A stretch of DNA of 64,000 nucleotides from an uncultured Verrucomicrobiae bacterium (GTDB lineage Bacteria > Verrucomicrobiota > Verrucomicrobiia > Limisphaerales > UBA11358): NCBI GenBank assembly GCA_963719075.1, contig CAVRAN010000003.1, positions 408,659 through 472,658 on the forward strand. The letters run 5' to 3'. The notes below the pieces were generated by a model. That model was not told the origin of the DNA, made no database searches, and saw only the letters and a list, made by a program, of their open reading frames with translations. The number at the start of each line of letters is the position of its first letter. Within the stretch, counting starts at the first letter, position 1. Shown piece after piece: positions 10,014 to 18,666 of this stretch. The translations under genes and the position numbers were made by a program.

Positions 10014-10286
10014 ATGCCGGCACCACTCGCATCGGCGGTTGTGGCAACGCTGGTGCAGTTCATCTGCTCATTGTTCATCGTCGTTGGATTGTTCACGCGA
10101 ATCAACGCTGCTTTGCTGGTCTGCGCCCTCAGTGGTGCGATTTGTCAAAATCTGCTGGCTGGTCGCGATCCACAACTAGCGATTCTCTACACATTGGTCG
10201 TCGTGACACTTGTCTTCATGGGCAGCGGAAAACATTCGCTCGACGCGCGAATTTCCACCAAAAGCGGAGATGGAATTAAAAATTGA
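9987..10286 (+). CDS. DoxX-family membrane protein (apparently N-terminally short)
   Basis: 99 aa: ..FICSLFIVVGLFTRINAALLVCALSGAI..LAILYTLVVVTLVFMGSGKHSLDARI matches the C-terminal two-thirds of DoxX. The usual first helix is absent. Confidence 0.5.
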   Translation: MAEEVAGMHMPAPLASAVVATLVQFICSLFIVVGLFTRINAALLVCALSGAICQNLLAGRDPQLAILYTLVVVTLVFMGSGKHSLDARISTKSGDGIKN

Positions 10287-10360
10287 AAACTTAATTTTCA
10301 ACCAACACCGATAGCCCATAGTATTGACCAAGCTGACGGTTGATATGACATCTTGCTGAA

Positions 10361-11458
10361 ATGACAAATTCACGAATCACGAAAGACTCCGCGAAGGAGC
10401 AGCGGATTCAGCCGATGCAAGTGGGCATTGACAGTTTCGCCACCGCGTTTACGAATGATGCGGTTGGTTCCGCAGCTAATTCATCGGATGCTCTACGCAA
10501 TCTTGTTGACCGGATTGAACACGCCGAACAAGTGGGCTTGGATGTTTTTGGCATCGGCGAACATCACCGCCGCGAATTTCTCGACTCGGCTCCGCCGGTC
10601 ATTCTCGCTGCCGCCGCTGCCAGAACGAATCGCATCCGGCTCACGAGTGCCGTGACGGTATTAAGCGCCGCTGACCCGGTTCGCGTGTTCCAGCAATTCG
10701 CCACGCTGGATCTGCTTTCGCAAGGCCGGGCGGAGATGGTCGTTGGGCGTGGCTCGTTCATCGAATCCTTTCCGTTGTTTGGTCTGAAACTTGAAGACTA
10801 CGATTCGCTGTTTTCAGAGAAACTCGATTTGCTGCTCAACATCCGCGAAAACGAATTGGTTCACTGGTCCGGCAAACATCGCGCCCCGCTTACCGGTCAA
10901 GGTGTCTATCCGAGGTCGTTTCAAAATCCGTTTCCGATCTGGCTTGGGGTGGGTGGAACGCCGGAATCGTTTGCCCGTGCTGGGATGTTGGGTCTTCCGT
11001 TGATGGTCGCCATCATCGGTGGAGAGACGCGGCGCTTTCGTCCACTCGTTGATCTTTACCGGGAGGCTGGTCGGCGAGCGGGCTTCACCCAAGAACAACT
11101 CAAGGTCGGCGTTCATGCTCTAGGTTACGTTGCTGAAACGACTCAACAGGCGGTTGACGATTTCTTCCCTGGTTACGCCAAAGCGTTCACTGAAATTGGC
11201 AAGGAACGCGGCTGGCCACCGGTCACGCGGGCACAGTTCAATGCTTTGCTTGGTCCGCATGGCGCATTGATGGTCGGCAATCCCGAAGAAGTGGCGGAGA
11301 AAATTCTCGAACACAGCGAGGCGCTGGGCGGCATTTCCCGGATCAGCTTCCAGATGGATGTGGCCTCGTTGCCTCACGCTAAGCTCATGCAGTCCATCGA
11401 ACTGATTGGCATCCGCGTCGCGCCGATTTTGCGCGCAGTAGATAAAAATCCATCGTGA
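10361..11458 (+). CDS. LLM-class (luciferase-like) flavin-dependent oxidoreductase
   Basis: GIGEHHRREFLDSAPPVILAAAAARTNRIRLTSAVTVLSAADPVRVFQQFATLDLLSQGRAEMVVGRGS is typical of the LLM family. The likely real start is the ATG at 10415 (MQVGIDSF). Confidence 0.85.
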   Translation: MTNSRITKDSAKEQRIQPMQVGIDSFATAFTNDAVGSAANSSDALRNLVDRIEHAEQVGLDVFGIGEHHRREFLDSAPPVILAAAAARTNRIRLTSAVTVLSAADPVRVFQQFATLDLLSQGRAEMVVGRGSFIESFPLFGLKLEDYDSLFSEKLDLLLNIRENELVHWSGKHRAPLTGQGVYPRSFQNPFPIWLGVGGTPESFARAGMLGLPLMVAIIGGETRRFRPLVDLYREAGRRAGFTQEQLKVGVHALGYVAETTQQAVDDFFPGYAKAFTEIGKERGWPPVTRAQFNALLGPHGALMVGNPEEVAEKILEHSEALGGISRISFQMDVASLPHAKLMQSIELIGIRVAPILRAVDKNPS

Positions 11459-11634
11459 TTAACGAATTATATTTGGACAATTGAGGAATTGATTACAAAT
11501 ATGACGTAACTCGCCGTGGAAAGCGACGACAGCATTGGGGCGCAAGAAATCGTCACACAGGTTCAGGAAAGACCAAAGGCTTAATATGTATGCTTCGTGA
11601 ATTCCTAAAAGCCGCCGACTGCGAAACGAGCATT

Positions 11635-11670
11635 GTCAAAGTGGAGCGCAGCCGGATGAGGCGAGCAATA
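11635..11670. repeat. Left copy of a 29-bp (36 bp with 2 mismatches) inverted repeat pair
   Basis: TGGAGCGCAGCCGGATGAGGCGAGCAATA (11642-11670) is the exact reverse complement of 41515-41543. Similarity extends through TTGAC after 2 mismatches. Confidence 0.85.
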
Positions 11671-12022
11671 CAAGCATAGTGGAGCGGTATAATCGCAACG
11701 GCAATTCTTTGACTAAGTTGGGATCATTGGCAGGCAGTGCCTTCTCGGCATTTTCGAACGCATCCTTGTCCGCTGATCGTATGTGAGCCAAGGCAGCAGG
11801 GTCGTTGTAGATTCTTGGAATTTCACGCACGGAGGCAAACGATGGGAATTTTTTATCCTCCCAGAGCCAATCAAAGACTTCATCGCGTTTGTTGGGGTCT
11901 ACTTCGCCCCAATCATCCGCCTGAGATGCCGCTGTAAACTTCGCAGGTGGTTGTCCTGCGATTACGTTGGGTAACCGGTTTCTAATGTGCTGTCGTCTGA
12001 AGTGGAACTCCGAACTAGTGTT

Positions 12023-13684
12023 TTAATTAAAATTGCTTGACGAAGTGGGCTTAATAATCTGCTGGAGTTGCTGTTTTAGCTGGTCGAACGCTTCCTCTGC
12101 AGAATTTGGTCCGTATAAAGCAAACTCAATCTTCTTTCGCTCCAAACGGCGTTCGCCATAAAAGGCAGTCTGGAAGCGGTTCAAGCTATCCGCCCGTTCG
12201 GTTTGAACGGTGTGATTGGCATTGTGGCGATCCTGCCATAGGCATACGAAGACATAAGCGGTGTTACCATCTATTTCGAAAATGTATCGCAAAAACGAAA
12301 GGTCAATGCCATTGACCCGAATGGTCTTGCTTGGAAATTTCTGTACCAACTTCCAACCTGCATTAGAAAGACATATTTCAGGAAGATGCTCGGTGCTTTC
12401 GTATGTCTCCATATTATTCGGTTCCCACTGAAGGTATGCCCCGTGCCATACACTGCCGTTTTCATCAGTCCAACCGGCTCCGTCCGAGTGATCGCAGTGT
12501 AGAATGTCGAGCGATCTCGGAGCTATCGGTTCCTCCTGAAACGAAACAGCATTGGTTGGCCAGCAGAGGGTCCAAGCCGGATTCTTTATCAGGTTATGAT
12601 CTTGGTGTCGGTACCACGCCTCATTTAAGGCTTCTGAGGCCGGCACGAACAATCCCAGAACCACGAGCAACGGAAGCGGCAGTAATCGAATGGCGACATC
12701 CGGCATCACTGCCGGGTTTCGATGGTTCGCCAAATGAGATTCAATGCCATCCTTGGTCCGAAGCAGGGAGACCGATGGCCAAATAGTTCCCATGATAAAT
12801 ACCAACACCATCAGCCCCGCACAGTCATGCCAGGCATTCATCGTCCCGAAGCCAAACCGGGCGGCCATCCAAGTTAAAAATGACGTGCGTCCCACGTTTG
12901 CCACCAAAGCCAGCACGATCGCAAATACAACACCCCAAAGCCGCCGCCACGGACTGAGTAAATAACATTCGCCCAAGAACAGGCCGATCATGATCCCAAG
13001 ATGCATGGAGCGCACACCACTGCAAGCCTCGTCCACGCCCAACATCCCCGTACTGATCTGCAACGTTGCGCCATGCTGGATGGCGGGTATGCCTAGAAAC
13101 GCCACCACATCAACGGTCGCAGCGGCCACCACGCGCATCAGATGCGAAACGATAATGCCTTCAGGAACGCGCGGCCAAGGCACGGCCACGAGAAGAAAAG
13201 CCACCGGGAAAAAAAAGTGCCGCAGCCATGACTTTCCGCCACTCACCCACAAGGCAACGCAAGTTAGACCGGCAACCACAAAGGCATGAAGCCAAAACAT
13301 GGCCCGCCAACCGATGTTGGCTTCCGAGCTAATCCTAATGGGAAGGATCAAAACCACTAGGCCGAGCGCAACGCAGAGAACCAGCCGGTCACGCGAGGGA
13401 TTTGGCAATGGTGCGTTCGGCGCAGGCCGGATTTTCCAGCGCTGCCAGAATATCACCGCCGCCAGCAGAGGCACGAACCAGCCATAGGCATATTCAGGGT
13501 TGGAAGTCCAGTCATAGCGCAGTTGATTGAAAAGCTGGAGCCAGTACAGTACGATAACCGCCGGAAGCGCCCATTTGCCGATGGAATTTCTCGAATGAGA
13601 CATGAAAAATGGAGAATGGTGAATGGAGGATGGCATTAAAAAATCAGAGCCTGTTCGCTCTCTTCCCAGAAGCGTGCTTCGCAC
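12023..13684 (-). CDS. Exosortase (EpsH family) fused to an EpsI-like C-terminal domain
   Basis: Polytopic N-terminal domain with NPEYAYGWFVPLL and the catalytic-Cys motif VDEACSGVRSM. The C-terminal ~200 aa carry the EpsI-type HLPEICLSNAGWKL motif. The likely start is the ATG at 13603 (MSHSRNS..). Confidence 0.85.
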   Translation of the reverse strand: MRSTLLGRERTGSDFLMPSSIHHSPFFMSHSRNSIGKWALPAVIVLYWLQLFNQLRYDWTSNPEYAYGWFVPLLAAVIFWQRWKIRPAPNAPLPNPSRDRLVLCVALGLVVLILPIRISSEANIGWRAMFWLHAFVVAGLTCVALWVSGGKSWLRHFFFPVAFLLVAVPWPRVPEGIIVSHLMRVVAAATVDVVAFLGIPAIQHGATLQISTGMLGVDEACSGVRSMHLGIMIGLFLGECYLLSPWRRLWGVVFAIVLALVANVGRTSFLTWMAARFGFGTMNAWHDCAGLMVLVFIMGTIWPSVSLLRTKDGIESHLANHRNPAVMPDVAIRLLPLPLLVVLGLFVPASEALNEAWYRHQDHNLIKNPAWTLCWPTNAVSFQEEPIAPRSLDILHCDHSDGAGWTDENGSVWHGAYLQWEPNNMETYESTEHLPEICLSNAGWKLVQKFPSKTIRVNGIDLSFLRYIFEIDGNTAYVFVCLWQDRHNANHTVQTERADSLNRFQTAFYGERRLERKKIEFALYGPNSAEEAFDQLKQQLQQIIKPTSSSNFN

Positions 13685-13702
13685 TACTTCGATAGGCCAT
13701 TT

Positions 13703-13885
13703 TTAAAAAATCCCTCCTTCATGCAACTTCTTGTCTTTGATTGCAACTGACAGTTTTGGTTTCACTTTTTCTTGGGCCTTCTTAAATCCAATCAAACCCA
13801 ATATCGCGACCAAGGCACCAGATGGCAGCCACGGGGTTATTTTCACCAACTCCGGCAGAATACCACTTATCAATGCGAAGATCAA
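13703..13885 (-). CDS. Small hypothetical membrane protein upstream of the exosortase
   Basis: 60-aa ORF with a TTG start and a hydrophobic core (IFALISGILP..GALVAILGLIGF). It ends 18 nt before the longest exosortase ORF. Support is weak. Confidence 0.3.
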   Translation of the reverse strand: MIFALISGILPELVKITPWLPSGALVAILGLIGFKKAQEKVKPKLSVAIKDKKLHEGGIF

Positions 13886-13916
13886 CCCGCTAGACGAAGG
13901 GGTATTATATCAATTT

Positions 13917-13985
13917 GGTGGGGCGAGCGTTCCCGCGAGCCGGAATCCACTTGATTGTTCGGCTCGCGGGAACGCTCGCCCCACC
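13917..13985. repeat. Perfect 26-bp-stem palindrome (REP-like hairpin element)
   Basis: GGTGGGGCGAGCGTTCCCGCGAGCCG (13917-13942), a 17-nt loop, then CGGCTCGCGGGAACGCTCGCCCCACC (13960-13985). T13916/A13986 add a 27th pair. It lies in the divergent exosortase / PEP-CTERM intergenic region. Confidence 0.9.
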
Positions 13986-14381
13986 AGTTGCAATCAAAAT
14001 GATGCAATACTGACGAAGGTCAATGTGCCAACAACATTTACTCCAAAAAAATCGAAAAACTGCTTGCGATGAGATCATGACCCGGCCGGACTTTCGTGGG
14101 GACAATGGCTTGCGGCTTAAGTTCCGGCGGCAAATCCGAGGCATCTGTGTGCATCATCCTCTTTCAGGGTTTAAACGATTTCCTAGATGAAGTTTTGCAT
14201 GCCACTAAGTGGCAAAAGGTTGCGTTTGAAATCGGCGCTTCATCCGCATGTCTCAATCGTGTTATTAGTATGCCCGATTATGAACTATAATTTTAAAAAA
14301 ATTATTGACTGATTTCCATTTTCGAATAAGAATGTGTTAGATGGGGTTGAGGAAGGATGATTGGTGAAATAAAATTTAGAT

Positions 14382-15029
14382 ATGAAAAAAAATAATTTCA
14401 AAATCAGGTCGCGTTTTTTTAAAGCGGGTGTCGCGGCTCTGGCATTTGCCGGTGCCACGCAATTTGTTCAAGCGTCTGTCATACCCTATGACCCTGTCAA
14501 TTTGGCAACCCCGAATCCTGACAATTACTACTTTACCACTACGTCCACTGAAGTGACCTTATATGACGCACCCTCTTCTGCTGGAGACACGGATTTGTTA
14601 AGTGTGTCCATTAATGGTGGTACGCCGATTTCAACCGGCTTAAACAACCGCATGGCTGTCGGCAGTCCGTTTTCCTTCGCTGTAACACCCGGCGAAAAAC
14701 TGACATTTAGCATATTTAACACTTTTACAGGTTCAACCCTATATTCAAGTTCGTTGCTGAACAGCGACGGGTATAACCATGCGTATGCCCAAAATTATGT
14801 TGGTGGCTCGATTCCCAGTTTCGGTACCATTCCATCGGGCACATATGTTGGATTTGAAGATTTGAAACAAGGTCAGCAAACCGACTTTGACTATAATGAT
14901 TTAACATTTGTCGCTACGAATTTAAAACTCACAGTTGTTCCAGAAACCACGACGTTGGTCGGAGGAGCCTTGTTGTCGGGGATGGGGATGCTGGTGATGT
15001 TGCGCAATCGAAAAATGAAGTTGGGGTGA
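14382..15029 (+). CDS. PEP-CTERM sorting-domain protein with a DUF4114-like domain (exosortase substrate)
   Basis: Signal peptide (ALAFAGATQFVQA). The DUF4114-like motif is GFEDLKQGQQTDFDYNDLTFV. The C-terminus VVPETTTLVGGALLSGMGMLVMLRNRK is a VPEx motif plus TM plus basic tail. Confidence 0.85.
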   Translation: MKKNNFKIRSRFFKAGVAALAFAGATQFVQASVIPYDPVNLATPNPDNYYFTTTSTEVTLYDAPSSAGDTDLLSVSINGGTPISTGLNNRMAVGSPFSFAVTPGEKLTFSIFNTFTGSTLYSSSLLNSDGYNHAYAQNYVGGSIPSFGTIPSGTYVGFEDLKQGQQTDFDYNDLTFVATNLKLTVVPETTTLVGGALLSGMGMLVMLRNRKMKLG

Positions 15030-15070
15030 TAATCATTAGGATTGGATTTTTATATCGTATTTTAAGGATA

Positions 15071-15102
15071 AGGCCGGTTCACAAGACCGGCCTATTCTTT
15101 TT
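15071..15102 (+). terminator. Rho-independent terminator after the PEP-CTERM gene
   Basis: AGGCCGGT-TCACAAG-ACCGGCCT followed by ATTCTTTTT, 42 nt after the stop codon. Confidence 0.6.
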
Positions 15103-15307
15103 GATTGGAACATCAAGAGCGGAACGCAAAGTTCGCACCGATTCATGAAATGGCGGACTCTTTCATCACCGCTGTCTGGCAGCCCGCTGGACTGACGCTG
15201 GACTAACTCGGTCACTATAATTTCCGTAAGCGTCACGCCAAACACCTTTTTGACAGAGCAACTAAAGCGGCAGTTTCGTAAGTGTGAGAGATAATATGCT
15301 ATGACGT

Positions 15308-15427
15308 TTATGATGCGAGCCGTTGCACTGGCGGTTGCGTTTTGGTCCAGGTTTGGGGCGTGACTTCGGGGATTTGGTGATTGGTCATGTTGGGCAGGCG
15401 GGTGAGGACTTCACGAAGATATGACAC
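15308..15427 (-). pseudogene. IS66-family transposase C-terminal remnant
   Basis: Minus-strand translation VSYLREVLTRLPNMTNHQIPEVTPQTWTKTQPPVQRLASS* matches the conserved IS66 C-terminus (..YLRDVLxRLP...IxELLPxxW). It is preceded by an in-frame stop, and no transposase body is present. Confidence 0.45.
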
Positions 15428-15561
15428 TTATGACTTCACGGAATAGAGGTGCTTGGCGTGACGCTTACTAATTTCCTTGTAGCATCGGTGATGGGAATTG
15501 CAAAAGCGGGCGATCAAACCTTTGAAAAATCTGGGCCCCATCAAGAATAAACCGGAGAAGT

Positions 15562-15602
15562 CGGAAAATAACAACGGGCGGAAGAATGGTTCTTCCGCCC
15601 GT
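15562..15602 (-). terminator. Rho-independent terminator after the tyrosine-kinase gene
   Basis: 13-bp stem ACGGGCGGAAGAA / TTCTTCCGCCCGT (15574-15586 / 15590-15602). On the minus strand it is followed by TGTTATTTTCC. It lies 67 nt downstream of the stop at 15669. Confidence 0.55.
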
Positions 15603-15668
15603 GCTTTGAAATATAATTTACTGAAGTCGCCAGCACACATTTATGTCGCACGGCAACGCCACCGCAAA

Positions 15669-17834
15669 TCAAGTGGCGACTTTGGTGAGTTTGTCCTTGG
15701 ATTCCTTCCGGCCATAGTGCTCGTAACCGTAACCAAAGTAATAATAACCGCTCAAACTGCGTTTGGGCAACTGGTTCAATATGATGCCATCAAGCGGAGC
15801 GTTCGCGTTTTTTAGCAGTTGAACGCCGTGTTCGGCAATTCTACGCGAGGTTTTGCAGCCCTTCACCACCAGCACGACGGATTGAACTTTGCCGGCCAGC
15901 AGCAACGTATCACTCACGGCGAGAACCGGTGCGCTGTCAATGACGATGCGGTCGTAATGAGCCAGGCCATCATTGAGCAATTGTTGAAAATCCGACTGCG
16001 AGAGCAGTTCGGCCGGATTGGGCACCATGTTGCCGGCGGCTATCCACGACAAATTGGGAACATCTTTGTGCTGCCGACAAATCTCGTTTAATAAATTGCG
16101 TCCCAGAAAATAATCGGTGATGCCGGGCAAGGCGCTGTTTTCTCCGGAAAACAAACTTTCGATCATCGGACGGCGCAAATCCATATCCACCAGCAGGGTG
16201 CGCAGGCCTTGCTGGGCGAGACTGACGGCATAGTTGATGGACATGAATGTTTTTCCTTCTTCGGGCAACGCACTGGTAAAAAGGCAAATTTTCCGGTCGT
16301 TTTCAGGCCCCAGCAGCGAAAGGGTTGTTCGCAATGAGCGGAACACTTCCGCGCCAATGGAGGCAGAGTCCGCCGTTACCAGCAGTCGGCTACCTTTGCT
16401 ATCGGCTGAGGACAATTTGGGAATGGCGCCTAAAACGGGCAATGAAAGGTATTGCTCGGCTTCGTCCACGGTCTTAAATGAAGTGTCCAGTGAATAAAGG
16501 ACAAAACTGATCCCCAATCCAACGACCGATCCGCCGAAAAGGGCCAGCGCAAAAATCAAGATGATTTTTGGTGAAACGGGCTTTTCTGGAACCGTTGCCG
16601 GGTGGACGATTTGAATTCTTTCCGGTGCAAATTGTTCCCCGACCGTAGACTGGCCAAGCCGGCTAATGACGGAATTGTACAGGACGCTGTCGGATTGCAC
16701 ATCGGCGGCCAGCACATTGAAACGAACCGAGCTTTCGCTCAACTGCATGGTATTGGATTTGGCGTCATCCAGTTGTTTTTCCAACCCCTGTTCGGCCGTC
16801 CGGGCGGTTTCGTAGGCAATCCGCTGGCTTTCCTGAATTCGCGAACGGGTCTGCAGCACGGTATCGGCAAGTTGTTCTTTAAGACTGGCCAGCGCCGAAG
16901 CCGCGAGAATATATTTTGGGTTTTTTTCGCGATAGCGCTGGCAAATGACTGCAAAATTGTTTTCCTGAGTGGCCACGGCGGAGTTGATCTGCACCACGAT
17001 CGGGTCGGTGGCAATTTGTGTATAGGCCAGCAAATCGTCAATGTTGGTCCCCATTTTCAATGAATCCTGATAAGCGCCTTCAGCTTGAACAAGGTCGGCT
17101 TTGCTTTGCGTCAGCAGCTTGTTCAAATCCTGCAGTTGCGGTGTGATTATATCCTGATTCTGATCCAGGGAAACGGTGCCAGCCTGTTTGCGATAATCCT
17201 GCAACTTCTGCTCCGCTATTTCCAATTTCGCTTTCAACTGATCGGCTTCCTGTTGAAGGAAGGCATTCGCTCCGGCCGTGGTGGTTTGTTGTTCAAGCGC
17301 GTCCAGCCCCAAATAGTTTTCCACCAGCGAATTGGCCAGTTGCGCAGCCATCTGGGGATCGGTATTTTTAACCGCAATGTTTATCAAATGCGTATTGCGA
17401 ATCAACGTCACTTCGACATGTTTTGAAAACCACAAAATAATGTCATCGCGCGTGAATATTTTGGAACCAACCGTTACGCCGCCTTGCGACGGCAGCAAAT
17501 TATTGGCCACCAGCACCTTTTCCAACAAGCCACTGTCGGAGAATTTCTGGGCCACGGTATTTATAACGTCCACATCCTGCAAATTATCCGAGACCACATT
17601 TTCCACGGCAACTTTTGCATCCTGTTCTTCCACTTGAACGGTGGTGGTTGCCTCATACATGCGGGGTGCCAATACCACATAAACCGCCGCGAGAATTACC
17701 GTCAGAACGATGCACGAAACGATCAGCCAGCGTTTATCCAAAACCAGCCTCACCACGCCTTGCAAATCGGTGATCGAACCGGGCGGAGGCGGTTCCTGCG
17801 AAGGAGGCAAATCATGCGGGTCAATGTCTGGCAT
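15669..17834 (-). CDS. Polysaccharide co-polymerase / tyrosine autokinase (Wzc/GumC-type, PEP-CTERM-locus type)
   Basis: 721 aa. It has an N-terminal Wzz-like domain with two TM segments and long coiled coils. The C-terminal P-loop is LPEEGKTFMS, and the Tyr-rich tail is SGYYYFGYGYEHYG. Confidence 0.9.
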   Translation of the reverse strand: MPDIDPHDLPPSQEPPPPGSITDLQGVVRLVLDKRWLIVSCIVLTVILAAVYVVLAPRMYEATTTVQVEEQDAKVAVENVVSDNLQDVDVINTVAQKFSDSGLLEKVLVANNLLPSQGGVTVGSKIFTRDDIILWFSKHVEVTLIRNTHLINIAVKNTDPQMAAQLANSLVENYLGLDALEQQTTTAGANAFLQQEADQLKAKLEIAEQKLQDYRKQAGTVSLDQNQDIITPQLQDLNKLLTQSKADLVQAEGAYQDSLKMGTNIDDLLAYTQIATDPIVVQINSAVATQENNFAVICQRYREKNPKYILAASALASLKEQLADTVLQTRSRIQESQRIAYETARTAEQGLEKQLDDAKSNTMQLSESSVRFNVLAADVQSDSVLYNSVISRLGQSTVGEQFAPERIQIVHPATVPEKPVSPKIILIFALALFGGSVVGLGISFVLYSLDTSFKTVDEAEQYLSLPVLGAIPKLSSADSKGSRLLVTADSASIGAEVFRSLRTTLSLLGPENDRKICLFTSALPEEGKTFMSINYAVSLAQQGLRTLLVDMDLRRPMIESLFSGENSALPGITDYFLGRNLLNEICRQHKDVPNLSWIAAGNMVPNPAELLSQSDFQQLLNDGLAHYDRIVIDSAPVLAVSDTLLLAGKVQSVVLVVKGCKTSRRIAEHGVQLLKNANAPLDGIILNQLPKRSLSGYYYFGYGYEHYGRKESKDKLTKVAT

Positions 17835-17867
17835 ACAGGTTACAAGTTTAAATCGGTGTCCTGATTC

Positions 17868-18632
17868 TTAAAAAGTTCTCTGGCCGACCGTGATAATGTC
17901 GTCGGGCAAAATTTCAAACGGGGTTTTTGCCGGGTCTTTTTCCATTTCACCGGCGTTCAGGTGATAAACTTTTGGCTCGCCATTTACAACGCGGCGCACC
18001 GTTATTTTGGACGGCGCTCCCAGACGCGTATAACCGCCGGCCATCGCAATGGCCTCCAATAAATTGACGGATTCATTCTGCGGAAAATCAAAGCTCCCGG
18101 GATGCTGCACTTCACCCAGCACGGAAAACAGCCGGCTGGCAAATTGGTCCAGGGTAATATTGACCTGCGGATTGACCAGATAATCCTTGTTGTAGAGTTG
18201 CTGGATAAGCGTCGTGGCCTCGACAACGGTCAGGCCGCCGATTTTCACCTGCCCCAAAAGCGGCAATTGCACCATGCCGCTGCTGTCAATGGTGGTTTTG
18301 GTTTCCAAATCGTCTTCCTGATAAACCGTCATGTCAATCACGTCGTTGGGACATAACGTCCGCGCAGCCGTGGATTCGGAGCTGACAGCATCCGGCATTT
18401 GTGCCGACTGCACTAGATTATTGCCCGAAACGTTCGCCGCCGGTCCCGGGCCGGCAGCCGCTGGTTGGTTTGTGTCTGCGCACCCGGATACGATTAAACC
18501 TACTGAAACAAGCACGCCAAACAAACAGTTCCTTAAGATCATAATGACATTACCATCCTGGGAATGATTTATTACGAGTATGTGGCCGTTGACAAGTTCA
18601 AAATGGTTCTTGTTTGAGACGATGCCTGACAT
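17868..18632 (-). CDS. Polysaccharide export outer-membrane lipoprotein (Wza-like, Poly_export + SLBB)
   Basis: Lipobox LIVSGC. Other motifs are GDVIDMTVYQEDDL, SSGMVQLPLLGQVKIGGLT and LLEAIAMAGG. The probable start is the ATG at 18542 (MILRNCLF..). Confidence 0.85.
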   Translation of the reverse strand: MSGIVSNKNHFELVNGHILVINHSQDGNVIMILRNCLFGVLVSVGLIVSGCADTNQPAAAGPGPAANVSGNNLVQSAQMPDAVSSESTAARTLCPNDVIDMTVYQEDDLETKTTIDSSGMVQLPLLGQVKIGGLTVVEATTLIQQLYNKDYLVNPQVNITLDQFASRLFSVLGEVQHPGSFDFPQNESVNLLEAIAMAGGYTRLGAPSKITVRRVVNGEPKVYHLNAGEMEKDPAKTPFEILPDDIITVGQRTF

Positions 18633-18666
18633 TTTTGCAATATCCCGGAGGTAAATCGAAGAGGTT

